From IMG/VR virus record IMGVR_UViG_3300027749_003369: 58,769 nucleotides of DNA. One strand, given 5' to 3'. Positions within the stretch are counted from its first letter, which is position 1; each line of letters starts with the position of its first letter. The DNA is from an uncultured virus (IMG/VR IMGVR_UViG_3300027749_003369) (Duplodnaviria > Heunggongvirae > Uroviricota > Caudoviricetes). Positions 27,014-39,300 of the stretch are shown piece after piece. The notes under the pieces were generated by a model, which did not search any database, had not been told where the DNA came from, and saw nothing but the letters and a program-made list of their open reading frames with translations. The position numbers were made by a program, and so were the translations under genes.

Positions 27014-27439
27014 ATGCCAAATTACGATGCCTCTAGTACTAATAATAGCAAACGTGCTAATGTAAATTATAAAGATTTGGACTTAGATTTTGGTCGTAAT
27101 GTGATAACTAATGATGTTAATAAGTTAACAAATATAGAAGCCGTTAAAAGAAGTGTTAGAAATTTAATTAATACATCTCACTTTGAAAGGCCTTTTCATC
27201 CTGAAATAGGTTCTGATGTTAGAGCTCTGTTATTTGAAAACATGACACCTTTAACTGCTTTAAATTTGCAAAGAAAAGTACAAGAAGTATTGGTTAATTT
27301 TGAACCAAGAATTAGACTAGTACAAATATATGCAACGCCTAATTACGATGGAAATTCATATCAATTAACTGTTTATTTTTATGTTATAGGTACTACTGAG
27401 TTAGTAACAGTACAAACTTTTTTAGAAAGACTAAGATAA
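27014..27439 (+). CDS. gp25: baseplate wedge subunit gp25
   Basis: YKDLDLDF, AVKRSVRNL, ERPFHPEIGS, FEPRI. Confidence 0.95.
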   Translation: MPNYDASSTNNSKRANVNYKDLDLDFGRNVITNDVNKLTNIEAVKRSVRNLINTSHFERPFHPEIGSDVRALLFENMTPLTALNLQRKVQEVLVNFEPRIRLVQIYATPNYDGNSYQLTVYFYVIGTTELVTVQTFLERLR

Positions 27440-27440
27440 C

Positions 27441-29321
27441 ATGGCAAGTAATAAATTAGAAGTATCAGATTTTGATTTTGATAATATAAAACTCAATCTT
27501 AAAAAATTTTTACAAAGCCAATCAGAATTTTCAGATTATAACTTTGAAGGTTCGGGTTTTGCAATTCTTTTAGATATTTTAGCTTACAACACACACTATC
27601 TAGGTTTTAATGCTAACATGTTAGCGAATGAAATGTATTTGGATAGTGCTGATATAAGAAAAAATATTGTCTCTATAGCAAAGATGTTGGGTTATACACC
27701 ATCATCTGTTCGTTCTCCAACAGCAAATATATCAGTTCAAGTAAATGATGCAACAGGTTCTATTTTAACATTGCCTAGAGGAACGGTTTTTTCTACTTCA
27801 ATATCAGGAACATCATATCAATTTTTAACTTTACAAGATTACACAATTACACCTACAAATGGTGTTTATCTTTTTACTGATGTGGATATTTACGAAGGAA
27901 CTCTTGTTACTTTTAGATATGTGGTTGATTCTACCGATACAGATCAAAAATTTATTATACCAAGTTCTAATGCTGATGTTTCAACGTTAGCAGTAGCAAT
28001 TCAAAATAGTGCAACAGATACAACCACAACAGTTTTCAATTTATTAGATATCGTAGTTGAAAATGATACTATACATCCTCAAGTATCTGGTGGTTCTTCA
28101 GTTTATTTAATACAAGAAGGTGATGAAGGAAAATTTGAAGTTTATTTTGGAGACGGAACTATAGGTAAAAAATTGGATGATGGCAATATAGTTATACTTC
28201 AATATGTTGTAACAAATAATACAGCCGCTAATGGTGCTTCTAGTTTTAATTTAACTAGTACTGTTGGAGGATTTTCTAATTTTACTATAACAACAAATTC
28301 AACAGCACAAGGCGGTTCATTAGCAGAATCAAAAGAATCAATACGCTACAATGCTCCATTATTTTATAATGCACAAAATAGAGCTGTTACTACAACAGAC
28401 TACGAAGTATTAACAAGAGATATTTACCCTAATGCTTTAGCAGTAAGAGCTTGGGGTGGAGAAGAAGATGAAAATCCTGTTTATGGCACCGTTAAGATTG
28501 CTATTAAAGCGGCCAGTGGTTCAACATTAACTACAAAAACTAAAGCCGATATTGTTAAAGGTTTAAAACCTTACAATGTTGCTTCTGTAAGACCTATAAT
28601 TGTTGATCCTGAAATAACTTATATATTATTAACAAGTAATGTTAAATTTGATTCTCGTTTAACTTCTAAATCTTCTGATACATTACAATCCGATATTATT
28701 AGTTTGATATCAAATTATAATGATACAACATTACAAAGATTTGATGGTATTTTCAGATATTCGAAAATTGTAAATTTAATTGATAGTACGGATAAGAGTA
28801 TTTTAGGCAATATTACAAAGTTAAAAATTAAAAAAACATTTAAACCTACAATAAACACATCTGCAAAATATAATATATATTTTAGAAATTCTTTATTTAA
28901 TCCTGTTACAGGTTATAATTCGGTTAATGGGGGTATATTGGAATCATCAGGTTTTAAAATAAACGGAGATACAACTAATGTTTATTACTTAGATGATGAT
29001 GGTAATGGAAATATTAGAAGATATAGAATATCAGGTACAGGTTTAAGATCGTATGTTAATAATACTCAAGGTAAAATATATTATTCAACAGGTGAAATTA
29101 TATTAAATTCTTTAAATATAACAAACATACAAGATATTCGTGGAGAAGCATCTGAAGTAATAGAAATCATTGTTAAACCAAAATCTAATGATATTATTCC
29201 TGTGAGAGATCAAATTATAGAAATAGATATTGCTAATTCAAATATAACAGCTGAAATAGATAATTTTGTAAACGGTACGTCAAACTCTGAAACAGGTTAT
29301 AATACAACTTCTAGCTATTAA
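27441..29321 (+). CDS. gp6: baseplate wedge subunit gp6
   Basis: DFDNIK..L..FL..QSEFSDYNFEGS, LAYNTHY, FEVYFGDG, AQNRAVTTTDY. Confidence 0.96.
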   Translation: MASNKLEVSDFDFDNIKLNLKKFLQSQSEFSDYNFEGSGFAILLDILAYNTHYLGFNANMLANEMYLDSADIRKNIVSIAKMLGYTPSSVRSPTANISVQVNDATGSILTLPRGTVFSTSISGTSYQFLTLQDYTITPTNGVYLFTDVDIYEGTLVTFRYVVDSTDTDQKFIIPSSNADVSTLAVAIQNSATDTTTTVFNLLDIVVENDTIHPQVSGGSSVYLIQEGDEGKFEVYFGDGTIGKKLDDGNIVILQYVVTNNTAANGASSFNLTSTVGGFSNFTITTNSTAQGGSLAESKESIRYNAPLFYNAQNRAVTTTDYEVLTRDIYPNALAVRAWGGEEDENPVYGTVKIAIKAASGSTLTTKTKADIVKGLKPYNVASVRPIIVDPEITYILLTSNVKFDSRLTSKSSDTLQSDIISLISNYNDTTLQRFDGIFRYSKIVNLIDSTDKSILGNITKLKIKKTFKPTINTSAKYNIYFRNSLFNPVTGYNSVNGGILESSGFKINGDTTNVYYLDDDGNGNIRRYRISGTGLRSYVNNTQGKIYYSTGEIILNSLNITNIQDIRGEASEVIEIIVKPKSNDIIPVRDQIIEIDIANSNITAEIDNFVNGTSNSETGYNTTSSY

Positions 29322-29324
29322 CAT

Positions 29325-31835
29325 ATGGCTAATTTTAAAAATAAGATATCAAATCTTGTAAATTCTCAGGTTCCTGAATTTGTATTACAAGATCATCCTA
29401 AATTTGTTGAATTTTTAAAAACATATTACATCTTTATGGAATCTGCCTTGTTAGAAGTAACAAGTGTTGAAACAACAGATGGAATACAATTAGAATCTCA
29501 AACAGGTCAAACTAATCTTTTATTATTAAATGGTACAGGAATATCTTCCGATATTACTATATCAAATGATGGAGATAAAATAATTTTAGAAAGTTCTGCT
29601 TTTGGTAAATTTACTAGAGGAGAAATAGTAGTAGGACAAACTTCAAAAGCAACTTCTACTATACTTGCTGAAGATTTAAATAATAATAGATTATTTATCA
29701 CATCACAAGATAAATTTATTACTGGCGAAACAATACTTGGTCAATCATCAAACGCTAGTGCTGTTGTTAACAATTACAAACCAAATCCAGTATCTTCTAT
29801 ACAAGATTTATTAAATTTTAGAGATCCTGATAAAGTCATAGATAATTTCTTTTCTCATTTTAAATATGAATTTTTATCAACCATTCCTGATGAATTACAT
29901 TCAACAATAGACAAAAGAAGTTTAGTTAAAAACATTAAATATTTTTACGGATTAAAAGGCACTAAAGAAGGACACAATTTATTATTTAGAGCATTGTTTA
30001 ATGAAAAAGCAGAAACGATTTATCCAAGAGAACAACTTTTAAGAGTATCCGATGGTAAATGGAATACAAATAAAATATTAAAAACAATAAATTCTTTAAG
30101 CGATAATGTAGATACACATGATTTAATAGGAAGAACAATTACTGGTTCTGTTTCAGGCGCAACAGCTATAGTAGAAAATGTATTTGTTTCTATTGTTAAT
30201 GATATTTCTATTTCGGAATTTGTTTTAAATGTTGAAAGTATTTCGGGTACTTTTTTAGTAGATGAAGAAATTTACGGAACAAAAACTGATGAAGATGATA
30301 TTTTATTAATGTCGACCGTAACTGGTATACCAACTTCTTTCGTTATTACGGATGGAGGTTCTTTATATAATAGTCAACAATCTGTAAAAATTTCAGGCGG
30401 AGGCACTGATTGTATAATACAAACAAAAACGATTAGTTCCGGAAAGATTTCAAATGTAATAATAGATAATCCTGGTTTAGGTTATTCAATTGGAGATGAA
30501 TTAGTATTTGATAATACAAATACAAATGGAGGCGGAGCCGCAGGATTTGTTAAAATTGTGAATGGAGGATTATTAACTGAAGATGAAGATCGTATAGTAT
30601 TAGAAGATTATACAACAACAGGAGATCCTTATACAGGAAATGTTATCGTGCAAGAAATAGGAACAGGTGTTTCTGAAATTACAGATGTGTATCTTTATAA
30701 TCGTGGTTCAAATTATACAAGTTTACCTACTGTAACTGTCAAGAGTAATACTGGAACAAATTCTATTTTAAAACTTTGGAGCGACAGTATTGGAAAAATA
30801 ATTGATTTAAAAATTGTAGAACCAGGTATTGAATATCAAAATTTACCATCACCAACTCTTACATTTTATGAAAATTTAATTTTAACAAATTTGACTAGCG
30901 TATTTGTGATAGGTGAAAATGTAAGTAATAATTCAACTTTAGCAACTGTTGTAAGTTTTGATTCTGATACTGGTTTATTAATTTTAAAAAACGCTACTGG
31001 ATCTTTTACTTTTAATTCAACAATATCGGGCAATTTATCAGGCGCATCAGGAACAATAAGAAAGATAGCACAAGCAACGGCAGATATTGTAGTTGGTTCA
31101 GTTTTGGATATGGATGGATCGTACATAAATCAAGATGGATTATTAGATGAACAAACAATGAAAATTCAAGATAGTTTATACTATCAAGATTTTTCTTATG
31201 TTATAAAAGTTGGCAGATCAATAAAAGAATGGAGAGAAGATTTTAAAAGAACTGTGCATACAGCTGGATTTTATTTTAGAGGTCAGGTTGATATTTCTTC
31301 AAAATTGAATGTCAAAGTTAAAACTCCTATTATAGGCCAAATATCGGAAGTTGTAAAAGATCCTATTTTCTTAATATTGAATACATTGTTCACAACAGTA
31401 TTTGGAAGAAGATTGGGAACCGTAGATGATGGTACTACTTTAAGAACTAATCCATCATTAGGTTCAGGAGAAGATTTTGATACATCAACTTTGTCTCCTT
31501 TTTCTAATACAACTAGAGATGTTACTTTATATAGACAAGGTTTAAAAATTGATTATCTATCAAGAAAAAGAGAGAATGTTGGTGATGTTACTATAGTAAA
31601 AGGATTTGTTTATGCTGGACCTAGATATGAAACTATCAATAGAGAAATATTTAGAACTTTTGCTAAAACAACGGATACTAATTATTCTATTGCAGAATTA
31701 AGTAAAAATGTAACTTTTGGTACGAATACTTCTTATGATGGTCAAGATAATACACTATATTTTTGTTCATCTCCTATAACCAGAGGTATAAAAACAAAAT
31801 TAACTATGCCAGCTGAAATAACAATTACATCATAA
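29325..31835 (+). CDS. gp7: baseplate wedge initiator gp7
   Basis: QVPEFV...KFVEFLKTYY, KGT..LLFRALF, IQDSLYYQDFSYVIK; between gp6 and gp8. Confidence 0.85.
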   Translation: MANFKNKISNLVNSQVPEFVLQDHPKFVEFLKTYYIFMESALLEVTSVETTDGIQLESQTGQTNLLLLNGTGISSDITISNDGDKIILESSAFGKFTRGEIVVGQTSKATSTILAEDLNNNRLFITSQDKFITGETILGQSSNASAVVNNYKPNPVSSIQDLLNFRDPDKVIDNFFSHFKYEFLSTIPDELHSTIDKRSLVKNIKYFYGLKGTKEGHNLLFRALFNEKAETIYPREQLLRVSDGKWNTNKILKTINSLSDNVDTHDLIGRTITGSVSGATAIVENVFVSIVNDISISEFVLNVESISGTFLVDEEIYGTKTDEDDILLMSTVTGIPTSFVITDGGSLYNSQQSVKISGGGTDCIIQTKTISSGKISNVIIDNPGLGYSIGDELVFDNTNTNGGGAAGFVKIVNGGLLTEDEDRIVLEDYTTTGDPYTGNVIVQEIGTGVSEITDVYLYNRGSNYTSLPTVTVKSNTGTNSILKLWSDSIGKIIDLKIVEPGIEYQNLPSPTLTFYENLILTNLTSVFVIGENVSNNSTLATVVSFDSDTGLLILKNATGSFTFNSTISGNLSGASGTIRKIAQATADIVVGSVLDMDGSYINQDGLLDEQTMKIQDSLYYQDFSYVIKVGRSIKEWREDFKRTVHTAGFYFRGQVDISSKLNVKVKTPIIGQISEVVKDPIFLILNTLFTTVFGRRLGTVDDGTTLRTNPSLGSGEDFDTSTLSPFSNTTRDVTLYRQGLKIDYLSRKRENVGDVTIVKGFVYAGPRYETINREIFRTFAKTTDTNYSIAELSKNVTFGTNTSYDGQDNTLYFCSSPITRGIKTKLTMPAEITITS

Positions 31836-31839
31836 TGAG

Positions 31840-31860
31840 TATAAATATCTTGTATAAATA
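31840..31860 (+). promoter_or_regulatory. tandem T4-type late promoters
   Basis: TATAAATA at 31840 and 31853. Confidence 0.75.
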
Positions 31861-31881
31861 TAACTAAAGAAACTAGAAATT

Positions 31882-33351
31882 ATGCCAGCAATTATAACAA
31901 ATAAGTTTAGAATACACAATAGTGAACAATTTGCGGAATCTTTTTCAGAAGCTTCACCAACAGTTTATTATCTAGGAATTGGTAGACCTCAACCATTTGA
32001 CACATCTACAAGAGGAGATTTGAGAACAGAAAACGAAGGAACAGATACAACAGCTATAACTCCTTCAGACAGTGTTTATGAAGAATTTAATACTTTTCAA
32101 GATTTACTTGCTGTTAAAAAAATAGTGAGTTCTGGTGTTTCTTATTGTATACCAAGAAGAAATTGGATTACAGGAACGGTTTATGATTATTATAGACATG
32201 ATTATGGAAATTACATTCCTAATTCAACAACTCCAAGAACAGCTAATAGTGGAGCAACAACTTTATTTGATTCAAAATTTTATATTTTAAATTCAGAAAA
32301 CAACGTTTACAAATGTTTAGATAATAATAATAATTCAGCATCAACTTCAGAACCAACAGGAACATCAACTTCAATAATTCAAACAGGAGATAATTACAAG
32401 TGGAAATATATGTACACATTATCTTCAACACAATTATTGAATTTTTTATCAACAGATTTTATGGCTGTTTCTACAAATTCAACAGTTTCATCAGTAGCTG
32501 TTGATGGAACAATTAATATTATAAAAATTGTAGATGGAGGTTCTTCAGGAACAAACGGAACATATACAGGAATTCCTATCAGAGGTAATGGTACTGGAGG
32601 AACAGTTACAGTAGGTGTTTCAGGTAATGCCGTTTCTTCTATAACAATAACAAATGTTGGATCAGGTTACACTTATGCTTATATAAAAAATTCTGATATA
32701 GTTTCCGCAGGTTCAACAGGATTAACTGGATCTAAATTAGATTGTATTATTGGACCTAAAGGCGGCCATGGTTTTGATGCTGTAAAAGAATTGGGTGGAT
32801 TCTTTGTAATGTTAAATGTAAGTTTAGAAGGAAAAGAAACATCAAACACAGGAGATTTTACTTCTGTAAATGATTTTAGAAGAATAGTATTAATAAGAGA
32901 TCCTAAATCTAATGGATCTGCCGCATCTTCAACAACTTTAAGAGCAACTAAAGCTGTTCATTTTGCCGCATCTCCTACTCCAGGAACATTTTTAGTAGAT
33001 GAAACAATCACTCAAGCAACAACGGGCGCTACAGGAAAAGTAGTTGAATGGGATTCTACAAATAAAATATTATATTATATTCAAACAAGATTTAACAATG
33101 CAGGTTTAAATAGTAATGGTAATTTGGTTGCATTTAGTGGAGTAAATATAATAACAGGTTCAACTTCAAGTGCTACAGGAACTCCAAGTTCTGTTGCAAG
33201 TGAAATTGTAAATCAAGTTACGTTTACAAATGGATATGTTATTTCGGAAATTGACGCAAATAGTGGTGATGTATTATATATTGAAAATAGAGCACCAATA
33301 AACAGAGCTGCGGATCAAACTGAGAATATTAAATTAGTAATTGAGTTTTAG
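31882..33351 (+). CDS. gp8: baseplate wedge subunit gp8
   Basis: MPAIITNKFRIHN, VYKCLDNN, YKWKYMY, GGHG.DA..ELG, YIENR..I.RA.DQTENIKLVIEF. Confidence 0.93.
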   Translation: MPAIITNKFRIHNSEQFAESFSEASPTVYYLGIGRPQPFDTSTRGDLRTENEGTDTTAITPSDSVYEEFNTFQDLLAVKKIVSSGVSYCIPRRNWITGTVYDYYRHDYGNYIPNSTTPRTANSGATTLFDSKFYILNSENNVYKCLDNNNNSASTSEPTGTSTSIIQTGDNYKWKYMYTLSSTQLLNFLSTDFMAVSTNSTVSSVAVDGTINIIKIVDGGSSGTNGTYTGIPIRGNGTGGTVTVGVSGNAVSSITITNVGSGYTYAYIKNSDIVSAGSTGLTGSKLDCIIGPKGGHGFDAVKELGGFFVMLNVSLEGKETSNTGDFTSVNDFRRIVLIRDPKSNGSAASSTTLRATKAVHFAASPTPGTFLVDETITQATTGATGKVVEWDSTNKILYYIQTRFNNAGLNSNGNLVAFSGVNIITGSTSSATGTPSSVASEIVNQVTFTNGYVISEIDANSGDVLYIENRAPINRAADQTENIKLVIEF

Positions 33352-33359
33352 GTAGAAAT

Positions 33360-36300
33360 ATGCCAAGTCCAACAGACTTTAACCAATCACCTTATTTTGA
33401 TGATTATAATCAGGATAAAAAGTTTCATAGAGTACTATTTCGTCCAGGTTATGCTGTACAAGCAAGAGAATTAACACAGTCTCAATCGATACTTCAAAAT
33501 CAAGTAGAAAGAATATCCGACCATCTTTTCCAAAAAGGTGCAATGATAATTCCAGGTGAAATTGGATTTGATCTAAATTACTATGCTGTTAAATTAACAT
33601 CTAAAACATATTCAGATATATCTTCATATGTTGGTAAAAAATTAACAGGAGTATCTTCAGGTGTTGTTGCTACATGTATCAATGCAGTTGCAACGGACGG
33701 AACAGATCCTGATACTTTATATGTAAAATATAGTTCTACAGGTACTAATAATTCTTCTATTGTTTTTTCTAATGACGAAACTATAAACGCCACAGAAATA
33801 GATGGTGTAACAACTTTAGCTACTGCTGTTGTAAATACTACTGCTACTGGTTCTGCTGCTAATATTGCTGCTGGTGTTTATTATATTAATGGATTTCACG
33901 TATCGGTTTTAGAACAAACAATTATTTTAAACAAATATACAAATACGCCAAGTTATAGAATTGGTTTAGAAATTGAAGATAGTGTTGTAACTCCCAATGA
34001 TGATTCTTCTTTAAATGATAACGCTCAAGGTTCTTCAAATTTCAATGCACCTGGTGCTTGGAGATTTAAAATAGATTTAATATTATCAAAAAGAACATTA
34101 GCTTCAACAGAAGATGCTAACTTTGTAGAATTATTAAGATTATCTAACGGTATTAGACAAAATCAAGTTACATCTACAGCGTATAATGTGCTGGAAGATA
34201 CTTTAGCGAGAAGAACTTATGATGAATCTGGAGATTATACGGTAAAAGATTTTGATATAGATATGAGAGAACATCTATTAACAGGTAATAATAGAGGTAT
34301 TTACACCTCACCTACAGGAGATGCAAATCTTTTAGCAGCTGGACTTTCTCCAGGAAAAGCGTATGTAAAAGGTTACGAAATAGAAAAAATTGGAACAACT
34401 TATGTTGAAATAGATAAAGCTAGAGATTATGCTACGGAAAACAATTTTAAAACAAGATTTAATTTACAAAATTATGTAAATGTTACAAATGTATATGGTA
34501 CACCTGATATTGGTTATTTTTCTGGTGATGTGGAAGCATTTAAAAATGTAAATCTATTTGATACTGCGACTTCTGCAAGAGGAACTCAACAATCTACTAC
34601 TGGTGCAAAAGTGCCTCAAATTGGTAGAGCTAAATCAAAAGGTTTTGAATTAAATAACGGAACTGCCTCATCATTTATTTTTGCAAGTTCTAGTTTAACA
34701 AGTGCTGTTTATAAACAATATCTATTTGATATAGAAATGTTTACACATTTAAACGTAACTACTGCACCGTCATTTACAGATGGAGAAAAAATTACAGGAA
34801 GCACTTCTGGCGCTTATGGTTATAAACAATCTATTACATCTACTAAATCAGCAACAATTTCAGCAGTTACAAAAGCAAATCCTGGTGTTGTAACAGCAAC
34901 TGCACACACATTTAAAGAAGGACAACAAGTTACAATTTCAAGTGTTGGTGGTATGACACAATTAAATGGTAATGTTTATACTGTAAGAAATCCTGCAACT
35001 GATACTTTTGAACTTTATTCAACAGACGGTACAACTAAAGTTGATACGTCTGGTTACACAACTTATACATCAGGTGGTACAGCAACCCATGGTGTTATAG
35101 TTCTTAATAACGTAACAGGAACATTCATAGCTGGAGAAACTATTACAGGTGCTACATCTTCAGTTACAGCAGTTATTCAATCAAACGCAGTTAATTTTAA
35201 AGGTGTACAGAAATTTGATTTTTCGCAAGTAAAACAAATTGGTATGGCCGGTTCTCCTACATTTACAGCCGACACATCTACGGATGCAACTTATGGAGAA
35301 TCTTATCAATTATATGGAAATTTTTCAATAGCTAATAGTGGAACAACAGTTACTGGATTTGGTACACTATTTACTACAGAACTAAGAATAGGAGATTCTG
35401 TTACATTTACTAATGATGCAGGTTCTTCAGTTACTCGTATAGTAGAATCTATTACATCTAATACAAATTTAGAATTTTCTGTTGCGGTTGGTGGAAGTGA
35501 TGTATCAACTAAAACAACTGGATTCAGAAAAAGAACTTTATTACAAGGTTCAAATTTAAATACTTCTATTTTTAAATTACCATACAAAAGAATTAAAACT
35601 TTAAAAACAACTTCTAATAATGGTTCTTCAGATACAAGTTTATATATAAGACGTCATTTTACAGCAACATTATCTTCGGGATCAGCTACAATTAATTCTG
35701 GAACAAACGAAACATTTGTTAGTCTAACAGAAAAAGATTTTTCAGTATCAGTAATGACTGGTGCAGGTTCTGGAACTACAGGAGATGTATTAAGTTTATC
35801 TGGTAATAATGGAAATGGTAATCCTATATTTACACTAGGTGGTTCTCCAACAGGAAAAACATTAACATTAGATTTTGGTTCAGCATATTCAAATTCTAAA
35901 ATTAAAATACTTGCAACAGTTTCAAGATCAGTTACTAATGAAAAATCTAAAACATTAAATGCTGGAGTTACTACTGCAATTTCTAATCAAACTACAATTC
36001 AATCAGGAGTTATAGGTTTAGGTAAAGCAGACATTTATAAAATAAACAGTATTTACATGTCTCCAGATTTTAGTACACCTGCTACTACAAGTCATACTGA
36101 TGTTACTTCAAGATTTAATTTAGATAATGGACAAAGAGATAATTTTTATGACATTGGTAGAATAAAATTAAAAACAGGTGCAATAACTCCAACAGGAAGA
36201 TTATTAATTAATTTTGATTATTTTTCTCATGGTTCAGGAGATTATTTTAGCGTAGATTCTTATTCGAGTGTAATAGATTATACAAATATACAAAGTTATA

Positions 36301-39300
36301 CTTCTGATACTACTGGCACGGTTTATGATCTTAGAGATTGTTTAGATTTTAGACCAAGAGTTGATGATGCTTCTACTGTAACAAGTGCTACACAAGATAG
36401 ACAATATAGCGGATTAGGAGCTTCTATAATAGATGTAGTTCAATTTAATTCAGATGTAACTGCGGATTTTGAATATTATTTACCTAGAGTTGATAAAATA
36501 TTTTTAGATAAAGATGGAAATTTCAAAGTTTCACAAGGTTCAAGTTCTTTAAATCCACAATTACCTAAAAATATAGACAATGCTATGCAAATAGCAACTG
36601 TGTTTTTAAATGCTTATACTTTAAGTATTACAGATTTATCTATACAAAAAGTTGATAACAAACGTTACACTATGAGAGACATAGGTCGTTTAGAAAGTAG
36701 AATTGCAAATGTAGAATATTACACTCAATTATCTTTATTAGAATCTAATGCACAATCTTTACAAATACAAGATGCTGAAGGATTTGATAGATTCAAAAAT
36801 GGATTTATCGTAGATAACTTTACCGGTCACGGTGTAGGTGATGTAACAAATTTGGATTATAAAGTTGCTATGGATATGGCCAATGGTTTGATGAGACCAA
36901 CATACAATTCAGATTCTGTTAAATTTATTGAAGCTGCAAGTGATGGAACAACAATAACAGAACAAAAAAGAACATTAAACAATTATCAAAAAACAGGCGA
37001 TTTAATTACATTACCTTATACAGAAGTTACTACAATAGAACAACCTTATGCAAGTCGTTATATTAATGTAAATCCATTTAACGTATTTACGTGGGCAGGT
37101 TCTGTCAATCTTGATCCTTCTAGTGATGAATGGAAAGAAACTAACAGAGTTCCTGATTTAGTAATTAATCAACAAGGTTCTTTTGATACAATGGTTGCTA
37201 ATTTAGGCAATCCTAACTTAAAAGATATAGAGGTTAGCACAGTATGGAATGAATGGCAAGATTTTTGGGCAGGAACACCTGTAGAAACCACAAGTGCTGG
37301 AGATGCTTACAGAGGAAGAAATGCAGAAGCTGGAAACGGCAGAGGTGCCGGCGGATGGACAGTTTTAGCTAGAGATATTACAACAACAACAACACAACAA
37401 ATTTCTCAAACAAGAACAGGTATTAGAACAGCTATAGTTCCTCAAATAGTTCAAACATCATTAGGCGATAGAGTTTTAAGTGTTGCTTTTATTCCTTTTA
37501 TTAGAAGTAGAACAATTAATTTTACTGCAACAAGATTAAAACCTAATACTAGAGTTTATCCTTATTTTGATAATGTTTCTATTTCATCTTATATAACACC
37601 AACAGGTGGTTCTTTAGGAGGAAATTTAATAACAGATTCTAATGGTGCTGTTTCTGGAACATTTACAATACCAGATCCTACTAACGATTCAAATCCAAGA
37701 TGGAGAACTGGAACTAGAGTATTCCGTTTAACAAGTTCTTCTACAAATGATATGACTGAAGTAGAAACTTCAGCAGAATCTAATTATGTAGCACAAGGTT
37801 CTTTAGAAACTGTACAAGGCAGTGTAATATCTACAAGAAATGCTCAAACTGTTAGACAAACGGTTACAGATACACAAAATATTGTAAGAGCTTCTACAAG
37901 AACAACACAAGAAATTATACAATGGATTGATCCTATTGCACAAACTTTTTTGATTGATGATACAGGTGGAGTATTCATTACTTCTATAGAAACATATTTC
38001 AAATCAAAAGATGCAAATATACCTGTTACAATGCAAATAAGAGAAGTTGTAAATGGATATCCATCAAGAACACTTGTACCATTTGGTGAAGTTGTTTTAA
38101 ATCCTAGTCAAGTAAATATCAGTGATGATGCAACGGTTGCTACAAAATTTACTTTCCCTTCTCCTGTTTATTTACAAGAAAAAACGGAATATTCTTTTTG
38201 TTTATTAAGTAACTGTAACAGTTATAATGCCTTTGTTGCAGGTATTGGAGAAACACAAATAGGTTCTGATAGAACAATATCTGAAAATCCTTATGCAGGT
38301 GTTTTATTTAAATCTCAAAACGGTTCTACATGGACAGCAGATCAAACAACAGATATAAAATTTAAAATTAATAGAGCAGAATTTAATAATGATATTGGTA
38401 CAGTTACACTAGTAAATAATACTTTACCTACAAAAATTTTACCAAACAATTCATTAAGAACAACAAGCAGTTCAGGAGTAATTAGAGTATTCCACAGAAA
38501 TCATGGTATGCACGGAACAGGAAATAGTGTTACTATTTCTGGTGTTGCTGCTGGAACTTATAATGGTATTGCACATACAGCGATTAATGGAACATATACA
38601 AGTATTTCAAATGTAACTTTAGATAGTTACGATATTACAACTGCTGGCACGGCTACTGCATCTGGTGATGTTGGTGGTACAACAGTTCAAGTAACTCAAA
38701 ATAGATTATTTGATGTTGCAAATTTAAATATTCAAACTTTAACAGTTCCTGGCACATCTATAATTTATGGTATGCAAACCACATCTGGTAAATCTATACA
38801 TGGTTCTGAAACAGAATTTAATTTAACAACTTTATCTAATGCTTTAAGTATAATTCCAGGAAGCAATATATATTTTACAGCACCTCAAATGGTGGCTAGT
38901 CAAATTAATGAAACTAATCATATGAGTGGTTCTAAATCATTATTTGTCAATCTTTCTTTATATACTGATAATACAAAAGTTTCTCCTGTAATTGATACAT
39001 CAAGAATGAGTATGGTTGTAGTACAAAACAGACTAAATTCGCCAACATCTGGTAATACACCTAATTTTATTGATGCGACAGCTCCTTCAGGATCTTCATC
39101 AGCTGCAATTTATGTAACACGACCTGTTATTTTAGAAAATACTTCTACAGCTTTTGATGTTAGACTTACTGCAAACGTAAGATCATCTTCTACCATAAAA
39201 GTTTATTATAGAGTTACAGGTGCATCTGAAGTTAGAAATATAACAGATTTATCTTGGACACCATTTAATACAGATGGTTCTGAAGATATTGCTGTAACTC

